Positions 31,757 through 41,874 of a stretch of DNA of 64,000 nt are shown here, in pieces. The DNA is taken from NCBI GenBank assembly GCA_964248365.1, contig CAXTYC010000005.1, forward strand, positions 64,001 to 128,000. The letters run 5' to 3'. Under the pieces are notes generated by a model. The model was not told where the DNA came from. It ran no database searches and saw only the letters and a program-made list of their open reading frames with translations. A program made the position numbers and the translations under genes. Numbering within the stretch: the first letter of the stretch is position 1; each line of letters starts with the position of its first letter. Source of the DNA: an uncultured Chroococcidiopsis sp. (lineage in GTDB: Bacteria > Cyanobacteriota > Cyanobacteriia > Cyanobacteriales > Chroococcidiopsidaceae).

Positions 31757-32848
31757 ATGGAAATTGGCGTTCCCAGAGAAATAAAGGATCAAGAGTTTCG
31801 GGTTGGGCTGAGTCCGAGTAGTGTACGGGTACTGAGCGAGAACAATCATACAGTCTTTGTCGAAACAGCAGCTGGTTTGGGATCGGGATTTACAGACGAA
31901 GACTTTAGCTGTGCGGGAGCGCAAATTGTTTCTTGTGCTCAACAGGTGTGGAATCGTGAGCTAGTTGTCAAAGTCAAAGAACCGTTGCTGCCAGAATACA
32001 AGTTTATGCAAAAAGGGCAGATGTTGTTTACCTACTTGCATTTGGCGGCTGACCGAGGTTTGACCGAGCATTTGATTGATTGTGGTGCAGTGGCGATCGC
32101 CTACGAAACCGTTGAACAGCCAGGTAGCAACAAACTACCTCTGCTTACCCCCATGAGTATCATCGCAGGTCGTCTAGCAGTGCAATTTGGGGCAAGGTTT
32201 CTAGAGCGTCAACAAGGAGGTCGGGGTGTCCTCTTGGGCGGCGTTCCTGGGGTTAGACCAGGCAAAGTTGTAATTTTAGGTGGTGGTGTGGTTGGTACAG
32301 AAGCTGCCCGAATTGCTGTAGGCATGGGTGCATCTGTACAAATTTTAGATGTAAATGTGGATCGTTTAGCCTATCTAGAAACACTCTTTGGCTCTAGAGT
32401 AGAACTGCTCTACAGTAACTCGGCTCAAATTGACGCTGTTGTCCCCGAAGCCGACTTACTAATCGGTGCAGTTTTAATCCCAGGTCGCAAAGCACCGATC
32501 CTTGTTTCTCGCAACCTGGTAAAACAAATGCGCCCTGGTTCTGTAATTGTCGATGTCGCCGTCGATCAAGGCGGTTGTGTGGAAACCTTGCATCCCACAT
32601 CCCACACCCATCCTGTCTATGTGGATGAAGGCGTAGTACATTATGGAGTTCCCAATATGCCAGGGGCTGTACCTTGGAGTGCAACCCAGGCGCTAAATAA
32701 TAGTACCCTGCCTTACGTGTTGCAATTGGCTAATTTGGGCATGAAGGCATTGGAAATTAACTCAGCTTTAGCCAGTGGTGTGAATGTACAAAACCATCGC
32801 TTGGTGCATCCCGCTGTAAAAGAGGTGTTTCCAGATTTAGTAGATTAG
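31757..32848 (+). CDS. ald: Alanine dehydrogenase
   Basis: [40 protein letters not shown]. Confidence 0.96.
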   Translation: MEIGVPREIKDQEFRVGLSPSSVRVLSENNHTVFVETAAGLGSGFTDEDFSCAGAQIVSCAQQVWNRELVVKVKEPLLPEYKFMQKGQMLFTYLHLAADRGLTEHLIDCGAVAIAYETVEQPGSNKLPLLTPMSIIAGRLAVQFGARFLERQQGGRGVLLGGVPGVRPGKVVILGGGVVGTEAARIAVGMGASVQILDVNVDRLAYLETLFGSRVELLYSNSAQIDAVVPEADLLIGAVLIPGRKAPILVSRNLVKQMRPGSVIVDVAVDQGGCVETLHPTSHTHPVYVDEGVVHYGVPNMPGAVPWSATQALNNSTLPYVLQLANLGMKALEINSALASGVNVQNHRLVHPAVKEVFPDLVD

Positions 32849-32960
32849 TATCAGCACAATGCTGAATGTAGAATTCATCTGAATGCTACTCGGATATAAA
32901 TTTAATATATAGCAATCCTCAATGATTAGTTTGCCACCCATGCCCACCAATACTAGATAA

Positions 32961-32981
32961 GGTGGGCAATGCCCACCCTAC
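32961..32981. repeat. REP-like palindrome GGTGGGCAATGCCCACCCTAC
   Basis: Palindrome with CTAC end; relatives at about 21759-21778 and 35010-35031. Confidence 0.7.
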
Positions 32982-33048
32982 GCTAACTCCAGTTGAATTA
33001 ATCCGAGTCCAACGATTAGATAACTTGGAAATTCTCAGTATGTCATTA

Positions 33049-33981
33049 CTAAAAATCTAATTCGTCTTGCAAATCTATTTCCGAGTTATTTTTAACACTT
33101 AATCGCCAACTTGTATTTATTTCTTCTTTGACATTTAGTTGCTCAACTAAATTTCCCAGTTGCTTTTGTAGCTTTTGAGTCAGCGCAATTTTAAAATCTA
33201 AATCTAATCTTTGATTTTGTGTCACTTGGGCTAGCTCTGAAAACTCTACCTTCAAAGTTTTTCGACTTGACTGGGAAAGTTTCAAATTATCTGTTTGGGC
33301 CACATTTTGAACTTGCATCGCTGTTTCTAGAAGAGTTTCAATATGATTGAATTCTGAATCAATTAGCTGTAACTGCTGCTTCAGTTCCAAATAGCGTTGA
33401 GCCAGCGCTGCCACGTCCTCAGAAGCTGGATTGGGATTACTTAACTGCTTTAGCTGCAACAGCTTTTGATGTACCATAGCTAAATAAACTGGGTCCATCT
33501 TGGCGTAGTTTAGCTGTTGTTGACTCAAAGGTCGTTGTCCCCAATCACTACTTTGCTGACTTTTATCTACTTGTGGAACATGACAAAGTGTTTCTGCCAA
33601 AGTTTTGAGCGATAAGTCAGGTATTTGCAGCATATAGTAGGGAATGGTTTTTGCCATTTCCAAAGTACAGGTGACATTCTTGGCTTGACTCTTACCCAAA
33701 AACTTTAGATCATATTTAGCATTGTGAAACACCTTTTCAATTTTCGGATTGAGCATAATTTCTGTAATAAATAAATCTGCTATTTGCGGCTGTTCTAAAA
33801 CATCTAAAACTGAAACTTTTTCTCCTGTTGTATCTTGAGGATTATCTATTAGCTGAATCAACGACAGCCTGGGTTTGCGAGTTGAAAAATCTGCAATTTC
33901 TGTATCAATCCACAGTATTGCTGCTTGAGCATATTTTGTAACTAGCTCAGTTATGCCGTTAGCGTCTTTTAAATAAAGCAT
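33049..33981 (-). CDS. RNase D-like 3'-5' exonuclease with C-terminal coiled coil
   Basis: DEDDy motifs: IDTE, VFHNAKYD, SDW..RPL, YAKMD. Confidence 0.85.
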   Translation of the reverse strand: MLYLKDANGITELVTKYAQAAILWIDTEIADFSTRKPRLSLIQLIDNPQDTTGEKVSVLDVLEQPQIADLFITEIMLNPKIEKVFHNAKYDLKFLGKSQAKNVTCTLEMAKTIPYYMLQIPDLSLKTLAETLCHVPQVDKSQQSSDWGQRPLSQQQLNYAKMDPVYLAMVHQKLLQLKQLSNPNPASEDVAALAQRYLELKQQLQLIDSEFNHIETLLETAMQVQNVAQTDNLKLSQSSRKTLKVEFSELAQVTQNQRLDLDFKIALTQKLQKQLGNLVEQLNVKEEINTSWRLSVKNNSEIDLQDELDF

Positions 33982-34071
33982 CAGAAAAATTAACTAAAAA
34001 CATTTCTAACAATAACCCTGGCTTCTTACTCTCGTTCCAGGTTGAGCCTGGAAATTAGGACTTACGAATTA

Positions 34072-34956
34072 TTAACGCTGGGATGTGAGGCTAATTAAAT
34101 CCTCAATATTGAGTTTCATTGTATTACAGATTGCATCTAGGGGTAAGTCATTCGCATCATACCCAAAAGGATTTTCTATTTCAATGCCAATTTCTTCAAT
34201 TCCAAATAAAGTAAAACTAATTAAAGCAACAATTGCCCCCGTCCAAAAACCTAAATTTTGCACTAGTTGGAAAGGCAATAACAAACAATATATTAATAAT
34301 AACTGTTTCAGATGAATAGCATAAGCCAGCGGCATAGGTGTTTTTAAAATACGTTCGCAGCCTCCCAAAGTATCGACCATACTATTTAGTAAATCTTGCA
34401 TAGCAGTAAGTTGATAGGTATTAAGGCAATCACGACAGTATTGTTGTTGTAAATAATCTCCAATCCAAAAAGCTACTTCTAGAGGTGGATTATTCATACC
34501 TTTAAGTTTAAAATATCGGTTAGAAGACATTAGTTCGGTTAACTCACTGTTTACAGGTTCTGATCTAAGATGTAATTTAGTTGCTACTGCAAAAGCAACT
34601 AACAGCCGTAATGCTGAAATTTTTTCCTCTCGATCCTCTGGTTGCTCTTCAATCACGGAAACCCAAATTTGACGAGCGAGGTTACGAATATTGTTGACTA
34701 AAGTACCCCAGCACTTTCGACCTTCCCAAAACCTCTCATTAGCAGTATTAGTACGGAAAACTAGTAATAAACCTAAAACAATACTAGGAATAACATTACC
34801 GAATATAGGATAATAAACAGGTAGTTTAAAATAGTTAAATATAGAGATTAAAACGCCAAAAACTCCACAGAATATAACTCTGGACAAAATTCCTGGAATC
34901 ACAGAGCCTTTTAGCTGGAAAGCTATTTTAAACCAGTGAAATTTTTCAAAGTTCAT
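34072..34956 (-). CDS. Bestrophin-family channel
   Basis: LLLVFRTN.A.ERFWEGRKCWG, CERILKTPMP, IENPFG.D.NDLPLD. Confidence 0.92.
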   Translation of the reverse strand: MNFEKFHWFKIAFQLKGSVIPGILSRVIFCGVFGVLISIFNYFKLPVYYPIFGNVIPSIVLGLLLVFRTNTANERFWEGRKCWGTLVNNIRNLARQIWVSVIEEQPEDREEKISALRLLVAFAVATKLHLRSEPVNSELTELMSSNRYFKLKGMNNPPLEVAFWIGDYLQQQYCRDCLNTYQLTAMQDLLNSMVDTLGGCERILKTPMPLAYAIHLKQLLLIYCLLLPFQLVQNLGFWTGAIVALISFTLFGIEEIGIEIENPFGYDANDLPLDAICNTMKLNIEDLISLTSQR

Positions 34957-35201
34957 AAGTATAATTATTCTTTCAAACTATTTACAGATTTAGTAGCACA
35001 GAACTTATAAGGGGCATGGCAATGCCCGTACTAAAAGGGGATGTTATTTTTATACTAAAGAGTAGGTTAATATATTTATACATTAAATGGATAATTTATA
35101 ACTAACTTGCCAACTTTATAACAAATAAAAAAGGAAAACATTTAAATTTAATATTTTAGTTAGAATAATCCAAAATCCAAAATATAAAATTTGAAATCTT
35201 T

Positions 35202-38200
35202 ATGGGCTGGCAATTTTGGATTGATCGTGGGGGGACGTTTACTGATATCGTGGCACAACGTCCAGATGGACAACTGGTGATTCATAAGCTGCTATCGGAG
35301 AATCCCGATCGCTATACTGATGCAGCAATTCAAGGAATTAGAGAAATTTTAGGTGTTCCATCGGATGCACCGATGCCATCACAACAAATTGCTCAAGTGA
35401 AAATGGGAACGACGGTAGCGACGAATGCATTGCTGGAAAGGAAAGGCGATCGCACTGTCCTAGTCATTACCAAAGGCTTTCGAGACGCACTACGCATCGG
35501 CTACCAAAATCGCCCAAATATCTTTGCGCGTCAGATTGTGCTGCCAGAAATGCTGTATGAGCGGGTAATTGAGGTAGAAGAACGCTACCGCGCCCAAGGT
35601 GAAGAATTAATCCCTGTAAATACGCAATATATTTCGTCTTTACAAGCAGCCTATAACGACGGTATACGGTCTTGTGCCATTGTATTGATGCACGGCTATC
35701 GTTATCCCGAACATGAAACTCAAATAGCTACCATAGCCCAGGAGATTGGATTTACTCAAATATCAGTATCTCATAAAGTCAGCCCTTTGATGAAACTAGT
35801 AAGCCGAGGCGACACCACAGTAGTTGATGCCTACTTGTCCCCTATCCTGCGACGCTACGTGGATCAAGTAGCAAGTCAGTTGGGATCTGAGGGAGCTGAG
35901 GGAGCTGAGGGAGAAAATTCAATCCAAAATTCAAAATCCAAAATCCAAAATTCCCTAACCCCTGCGCCTTTGCCCCAAGCCTCCAGCCCCTCCTTAATGT
36001 TCATGCAATCAAATGGCGGCTTGACTGATGCCCTGACGTTTCAAGGGAAAGACAGTATCCTATCGGGACCTGCTGGGGGTATTGTGGGGGCTGTGCAAAC
36101 AAGCTTGATGGCAGGGTTTAACAAGATTATCACCTTTGACATGGGTGGAACTTCTACCGATGTGGCGCATTACAACGGCGAGTATGAAAGAACATTTGAA
36201 ACAGAAGTGGCTGGGGTGCGACTACGTACACCGATGATGGCAATTCATACCGTAGCGGCTGGTGGTGGTTCAATTGTGCAATTTGATGGCGCACGTTATC
36301 GAGTAGGACCCCAGTCAGCAGGGGCAAACCCTGGACCTGCTTCGTACTCGAAGGGGGGACCGCTAACGATAACTGATTGTAATGTGATGGTGGGCAAGTT
36401 GCAGCCCCAGTTCTTTCCTCATGTGTTTGGAGCGAATGGAGATTTACCGCTGGATGCAGATGTAGTGCGGCGCAAGTTTGACGAACTAGCAGCAGAAATT
36501 GGCAACACTTCGCCTGAACAGGTAGCAACTGGATTTTTGGCGATCGCTGTGGAAAAAATGGCGAGTGCGATTAAGAAAATCTCTCTGCAACGTGGTTATG
36601 ATGTTTCGGAATATACTTTGTGCTGCTTTGGTGGTGCAGGTGGACAACACGCTTGTTTAATTGCTGATGCGTTGGGGATGAAGCAGGTGTTTATTCATCC
36701 TTATGCTGGGGTGTTGTCGGCTTATGGGATGGGTTTGGCAGATATGCGATCGCTGCGAGAACGGGCGGTGGAGAGTGTTTTAAGTGAGTCAGGAGTGGCG
36801 CGGTTGGAGGAGGTGTTGAACCAGTTGGAGGTGGAGGGGAGAAAGGAAACGAACCGCCAAGACGCAGAGGGCGCAGAGGAGAGAGGGGAGGTTGAGGTTT
36901 TAAGGAGGGTTCATTTGAGGTATGAGGGGACTGATGCGGCGTTGGTTGTGGGTTTTGGTGATGCGGTGGGGATGAGGGAGAAGTTTGAGCAGGTACATCG
37001 TCAGCAGTATGGGTTTATTGCACCTGATAAGCGGTTGATTGTCCAGTCTGTTTCGGTTGAGGTGGTGCGAAAGACTGAGGTTTTAGATGAGCCTGTTGTT
37101 GTGCGTCGTACGGATGCACTACCTACGCCCCTTGCGATGGTGCAAATGTATACAAACCGTGCTTGGCATGAAACATCTGTGTATAAGCGGGAGGATTTGC
37201 AACCAGGTGATTGTATTAGTGCGCCTGCGATTATTGTGGAAGCAACTGGGACAAATGTGATTGAGATCGGTTGGGAAGCACAAGTAAGCGATCGCAATCA
37301 TCTCATTTTAAGGAGACAGGAGTCAGAAGTCAGGAATCACAAGTCAGCCTCTAGCCTCTCACCTCTAGCCTCTAGCCTCTCCCCCGATCCTGTGATGTTG
37401 GAAATTTTCAACAATCTGTATATGGCGATCGCCGAGCAAATGGGGATTACTCTACAAAATACTAGTTCCTCGGTCAATATCAAGGAAAGGCTGGATTTTT
37501 CTTGTGCCATATTTGACTCTCAAGGGCAGCTAGTTGCAAATGCACCCCATATTCCTGTTCATTTGGGTTCGATGAGTGAAAGTGTAAAAGCACTGATTAC
37601 CGCCAAAGGTGATATACTCAAGTCTGGGGATGTATATGTATCAAATAATCCCTACAACGGGGGTACTCACCTCCCAGATATCACCGTCATCACCCCAGTA
37701 TTTGATAAATCTTCCCCCTCACCCCTCTTTTACCTCGCCTCACGCGGACACCATGCCGATATTGGCGGTATTACTCCTGGTTCTATGCCCCCAAATAGCA
37801 CCAGGCTAGAGCAAGAGGGAGTATTAATTGATAATTTCCAGCTAGTATCTCAAGGTCATTTTCGGGAACCAGAATTGCTGGAACTATTATCATCTGGTGC
37901 GTATCCAGCCCGTAATTTAGCTCAAAATCTTGCTGATTTAAAGGCGCAAATCGCTGCGAATGAGCGTGGTGTGCAAGAACTCCATAAGATGGTAGAACAC
38001 TACGGACTAGAGACGGTACAGGCTTATATGAGTCATGTGCAAGACAATGCTGAAGAATCTGTCCGGCGGGTAATTTCAGTACTCAATGATGGACACTTCA
38101 CCTATGCTCTTGATAATGGCAGTGTGATTAAAGTGGCTATTTCGATTGATAAATCTACTCGCAGCGCCCGTATTGATTTTACTGGTACTTCTCCCCAACT

Positions 38201-38921
38201 TGATAGTAATTTCAATGCCCCAGCTGCTATATGTCAAGCAGCAGTTTTGTATGTTTTCCGTACTTTGGTAGATGACGAGATACCCTTGAATGCTGGATGT
38301 CTCAAGCCTCTAGAAATTATTATTCCCTCTGGTTGTATGTTGAATCCTCATTATCCTGCTGCGGTTGTGGCAGGAAATGTAGAGACTTCCCAAGCAATTA
38401 CAGATGCATTGTATGGTGCTTTGGAAGTGATGGCGGCTGCACAGGGAACGATGAATAATTTTACTTTTGGTAATGGGCGCTATCAATATTATGAAACTAT
38501 CTGCGGTGGTTCTGGTGCTGGTGCAGATTTCGACGGTACAGATGCAGTTCATACTCACATGACTAATTCCCGTCTCACAGATCCAGAGGTCTTAGAATGG
38601 CGATTTCCCATCTTGCTAGAAAGTTTTGCTATTCGTCCTCATAGTGGTGGTAAAGGACAGCATCACGGCGGTAATGGGGTAATTCGTCGTTTGCGTTTTC
38701 TAGAACCGATGACAGCTGCAATTCTTTCAAATCACCGCGTTATTTCTCCCTTTGGCTTGCAAGGTGGGGAAGCGGGTGCAGTGGGAAGAAATTTGGTTGA
38801 ACGTAGTGATGGAACGGTGGAAGATTTAGGCAGTACAGCTACTGTCGAGATGCATACAGGGGATACGTTTGTGATTGAAACTCCAGGGGGTGGAGGATAT
38901 GGAGATGTCAGCCAGGAGTGA
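35202..38921 (+). CDS. 5-oxoprolinase / hydantoinase A-B fusion
   Basis: IDRGGTFTD, DMGGTSTDV, NIKERLDFSCA, HIPVHLG, TPGGGGYG; carries three repeat-derived in-frame inserts. Confidence 0.93.
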   Translation: MGWQFWIDRGGTFTDIVAQRPDGQLVIHKLLSENPDRYTDAAIQGIREILGVPSDAPMPSQQIAQVKMGTTVATNALLERKGDRTVLVITKGFRDALRIGYQNRPNIFARQIVLPEMLYERVIEVEERYRAQGEELIPVNTQYISSLQAAYNDGIRSCAIVLMHGYRYPEHETQIATIAQEIGFTQISVSHKVSPLMKLVSRGDTTVVDAYLSPILRRYVDQVASQLGSEGAEGAEGENSIQNSKSKIQNSLTPAPLPQASSPSLMFMQSNGGLTDALTFQGKDSILSGPAGGIVGAVQTSLMAGFNKIITFDMGGTSTDVAHYNGEYERTFETEVAGVRLRTPMMAIHTVAAGGGSIVQFDGARYRVGPQSAGANPGPASYSKGGPLTITDCNVMVGKLQPQFFPHVFGANGDLPLDADVVRRKFDELAAEIGNTSPEQVATGFLAIAVEKMASAIKKISLQRGYDVSEYTLCCFGGAGGQHACLIADALGMKQVFIHPYAGVLSAYGMGLADMRSLRERAVESVLSESGVARLEEVLNQLEVEGRKETNRQDAEGAEERGEVEVLRRVHLRYEGTDAALVVGFGDAVGMREKFEQVHRQQYGFIAPDKRLIVQSVSVEVVRKTEVLDEPVVVRRTDALPTPLAMVQMYTNRAWHETSVYKREDLQPGDCISAPAIIVEATGTNVIEIGWEAQVSDRNHLILRRQESEVRNHKSASSLSPLASSLSPDPVMLEIFNNLYMAIAEQMGITLQNTSSSVNIKERLDFSCAIFDSQGQLVANAPHIPVHLGSMSESVKALITAKGDILKSGDVYVSNNPYNGGTHLPDITVITPVFDKSSPSPLFYLASRGHHADIGGITPGSMPPNSTRLEQEGVLIDNFQLVSQGHFREPELLELLSSGAYPARNLAQNLADLKAQIAANERGVQELHKMVEHYGLETVQAYMSHVQDNAEESVRRVISVLNDGHFTYALDNGSVIKVAISIDKSTRSARIDFTGTSPQLDSNFNAPAAICQAAVLYVFRTLVDDEIPLNAGCLKPLEIIIPSGCMLNPHYPAAVVAGNVETSQAITDALYGALEVMAAAQGTMNNFTFGNGRYQYYETICGGSGAGADFDGTDAVHTHMTNSRLTDPEVLEWRFPILLESFAIRPHSGGKGQHHGGNGVIRRLRFLEPMTAAILSNHRVISPFGLQGGEAGAVGRNLVERSDGTVEDLGSTATVEMHTGDTFVIETPGGGGYGDVSQE

Positions 38922-38993
38922 TATAAATAGGAGAAAATTGGGCATAAGTAAATATTTATACTCAAGTATCCTAGTAATTTATCAGGAGCAAGT

Positions 38994-39173
38994 ATTCTTC
39001 CAACAGCAGAACAAGGGTTAATCTGTATTATCCTATGTCAGTACTTAACGAATTTTTACCGCTCAATTGAGATATTACGTTTCGACGAACGCGATGGCAC
39101 AATATTCATCTTTGCAGGAGAAGAACTTCAAATTCAAATTAGTCGTGACGGTACGTGGAGATTTCTTACATGA
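38994..39173 (+). CDS. Small protein resembling DUF6888, probable ATT start, absent from the ORF track
   Basis: (M)LPTAEQGLICIILCQYLTNFYRSIEILRFDERDGTIFIFAGEELQIQISRDGTWRFLT; AGGAG at 38984-38988; ATGA overlap with the next gene. Confidence 0.7.
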   Translation: MLPTAEQGLICIILCQYLTNFYRSIEILRFDERDGTIFIFAGEELQIQISRDGTWRFLT

Positions 39174-39385
39174 AAGCAGATTTTAATTCTATGAGCAAGG
39201 CTGAATTACGAGCTTATGTACTTGCTCACCGAAATGACGATGAAGCCTTTTACACGCTAGTTGACCGCTATAAGGCTGACTCCAAAGATCAAGTATGGCA
39301 TCCCTGTCCAAAAACTCCAGAAGATTGGGCAAAGGTATCACAATTAGTTAAGGAACAGATCGAAAAGCAAGAAAAAGGTTCGTAG
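39170..39385 (+). CDS. DUF6887-like small protein
   Basis: MKADFNSMSKAELRAYVLAHRNDDEAF pattern; ATG at 39170 coupled to the upstream stop. Confidence 0.75.
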   Translation: MKADFNSMSKAELRAYVLAHRNDDEAFYTLVDRYKADSKDQVWHPCPKTPEDWAKVSQLVKEQIEKQEKGS

Positions 39386-39690
39386 GAAAAAGCGATCGCA
39401 CTTCTTGTCCCCCTTTGCAGTTGTAATCTATTGAATCTCTGACTGGGGCGGTACAATTTGATATTTCTTGTGTTTCGACGTTGGCTCTCAACTTGAGAAA
39501 TTCTATTAACATTCGCTTCCTCCCATGAACTAGTTATAACTCCAAGCAGCCGTAGGATATACGATCAAGATGCGCGGCTTCGGGTAAATTCATTGTCATC
39601 CCCGCAAGGCAAAAATCCCCCTGCTTACAGGTTTGGGAACTGGCAAACAGTATTATTGTTACTATTGGATTTTTGATTGAGATACGAATA

Positions 39691-40323
39691 ATGGCAAAAC
39701 CCACTGTTTACGGAACTCCCCGAAGTACTTATGTCCGTACCGTCCGATTGCTGCTTGAGGAAGCAGGTGCAGACTATGACCTCAAAGATGTTGATATTTT
39801 CAGCGGTGAAAACAAGTCGCCAGAGTACCTAGCCAAGAATCCATTTGGTAAAGTACCGACTCTTGAAGTTGATGGGGAACTGCTTTATGAAACAACTGCC
39901 ATTACCGATTACCTTAACACTGTTTTAGCAGGTAACAAATTCAGCCCGTCTAATCCGATGCACCAGGCTCGGATGCGCCAGATTATGGCAATTATTGATA
40001 ATCACCTCTATCCAGCTGCAATTCTGTCAATTGTGATACAGCGCCTAATTGTGCCAACTCAGGGCGGCGAAACAGATGAAGACAAGGTGAAAAATGCTGT
40101 CGCGCCTGCAAAAACAGCAGTAGAGGCGATCGAGTCGCTAACCGTTGGTAGCCCGTATCTGCTAGGTAGCGAAGTGAGCATTGCCGATTTCTACCTGATT
40201 CCAGTCTTTACCTACCTGTCGCTGACTCCAGAGTTTGATTCAATTACCGCTCAAGCTCCTAAACTCAGAACCTGGTGGGATGAGGTGAACAAGCTTCCCA
40301 GCGTGAAAAAAGTGTGCGCGTAA
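39691..40323 (+). CDS. Glutathione S-transferase
   Basis: NPFGKVPTL, LYETTAI.DYL, SIADFYL. Confidence 0.92.
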   Translation: MAKPTVYGTPRSTYVRTVRLLLEEAGADYDLKDVDIFSGENKSPEYLAKNPFGKVPTLEVDGELLYETTAITDYLNTVLAGNKFSPSNPMHQARMRQIMAIIDNHLYPAAILSIVIQRLIVPTQGGETDEDKVKNAVAPAKTAVEAIESLTVGSPYLLGSEVSIADFYLIPVFTYLSLTPEFDSITAQAPKLRTWWDEVNKLPSVKKVCA

Positions 40324-40774
40324 CGCGCTCTGGTTGTAAGGTATTTTACCACAGATTGGCGATCGCTGATCTGTGGTCATTACTACATAGTGCAACTATT
40401 TTGTAGCTCATGCTCTAACTCGTTATGAGCAGCGAGTTCACCTTTACAGAACAGGAACCGAACCCCTTTTGTCATTTCAACTTCAGCCGGATAAAAATGA
40501 AATCAAAATTACTCATGCGGGTTGCACAGTTTCGGAAAAATGTGGAGATATTCTATCAAATGTTACTTGACCAAACTGATGAGAAAAAGATAAATATCCA
40601 CTTTCTTAATCTCGCTTTTTTATAATATGTTCTGAAAAAAAGCAACGTACAAAAGTGGGATTTTGAATGAAAAAATCACAATCGTTAATCTGTAGCTGGG
40701 CTGATGGTAGCTTGTTTAACCTGAAAGATAATATAAACTTTATTAGGTAAAAAAGTCAAAAAGGAACACTTCTT

Positions 40775-40990
40775 ATGGCTGAAGAATTTAAAAAAGGTGA
40801 CAAAGTTGAGTGGAAAACAGCAGGCGGTAAGACAACTGGGGAAGTGATAGAAAAGCTTACCTCACCTACAGATATTAAAGGACATCACGTAGCCGCTTCA
40901 GAAGACAACCCCGAATACCTAGTTAAGAGCGACAAAACAGGAAAAGAAGCTGCTCATAAACCTGATGCACTCAAAAAGGTGGAGGAATAA
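40775..40990 (+). CDS. DUF2945/HVA1-like small protein
   Basis: FKKGDKVEW...KGHHVAAS...YLVKSDKTGKEAAHKP. Confidence 0.85.
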   Translation: MAEEFKKGDKVEWKTAGGKTTGEVIEKLTSPTDIKGHHVAASEDNPEYLVKSDKTGKEAAHKPDALKKVEE

Positions 40991-40998
40991 AGCAAACT

Positions 40999-41074
40999 AT
41001 GAGTAAAGATGATACAGTAATTGACGAGGTTTCACCAAGTTGTCAATATGACTGCAGAAGAACTTGAGTTTTAA
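40999..41074 (+). pseudogene. Truncated, frameshifted remnant of a DUF3140-like gene
   Basis: MSKDDTVIDE, then after one extra G, FHQVVNMTAEELE-F-stop; this family usually follows DUF2945. Confidence 0.6.
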
Positions 41075-41378
41075 CCTTAGCTCTCGTCAACAGAGCTAGG
41101 GATGTAGAAATATGAAAGCGCGTATGCCACCCATACCCACCTACATTATATATTGTTCACGGATTATTTAGGAGCGCTATATATAGATAGAATTAATAAA
41201 TTTCTTGCAATAATATGTGCGTAGAGGTAGATTTAACTCAGATATTTGTTGTAAACAATAATTTTCATAAAACCTGCCCCTACTATAAAAAAGGTCAATT
41301 AAAATAATTCAAAATATCTACGGATTTCTCAAACTATCTTTAAATAATACCCTACGAATAAATCTTGTAGGTGACAGC

Positions 41379-41822
41379 ATGGAAGATATTTACAACTATC
41401 TTAAAATCTCAGACTCCATTGCTACTTCAGGACAACCGACAAAAGAGCAGCTTTCGGCTATTAAAGACTCAGGATACCAAATTGTTGTAAATCTTGCCCT
41501 GCCAACATCGACCAACGCCTTACCCGATGAAAGACAAGCGGTTGAAAATTTGGATATGCAGTATGTTCACATTCCAGTAGTTTGGGAAAATCCCAAAATT
41601 GAGGATGTAGAACAGTTTTTCAATGTAATGACTGTGAATAATGATAAAAAAAGATTTGTTCACTGTGCAGCTAATATGAGAGTTTCAGCTTTTATGTATC
41701 TTTATCGCCGTTTGCATGAAGGTATGAGTGATGAAGATGCAAAGAAAGATTTATATCAAATTTGGGTTCCGAATGAAGTCTGGCAGAAATTCATCGAGCA
41801 GGTAATTGAGCGTTATAAATAA
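41379..41822 (+). CDS. Protein-tyrosine-phosphatase-like (DUF442/Blh-type) protein
   Basis: ATSGQP and the HCAANMR CX4R-type loop. Confidence 0.85.
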   Translation: MEDIYNYLKISDSIATSGQPTKEQLSAIKDSGYQIVVNLALPTSTNALPDERQAVENLDMQYVHIPVVWENPKIEDVEQFFNVMTVNNDKKRFVHCAANMRVSAFMYLYRRLHEGMSDEDAKKDLYQIWVPNEVWQKFIEQVIERYK

Positions 41823-41874
41823 TTGGTAGATTGATAGTAGCAGTGCTACGTCTGTACAGGTAATTGGTAGTTGT

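Noticed and set aside
40425..40625. 66-aa ORF between GST and DUF2945
   Set aside because: No recognisable motif, AT-rich, no clear ribosome-binding site
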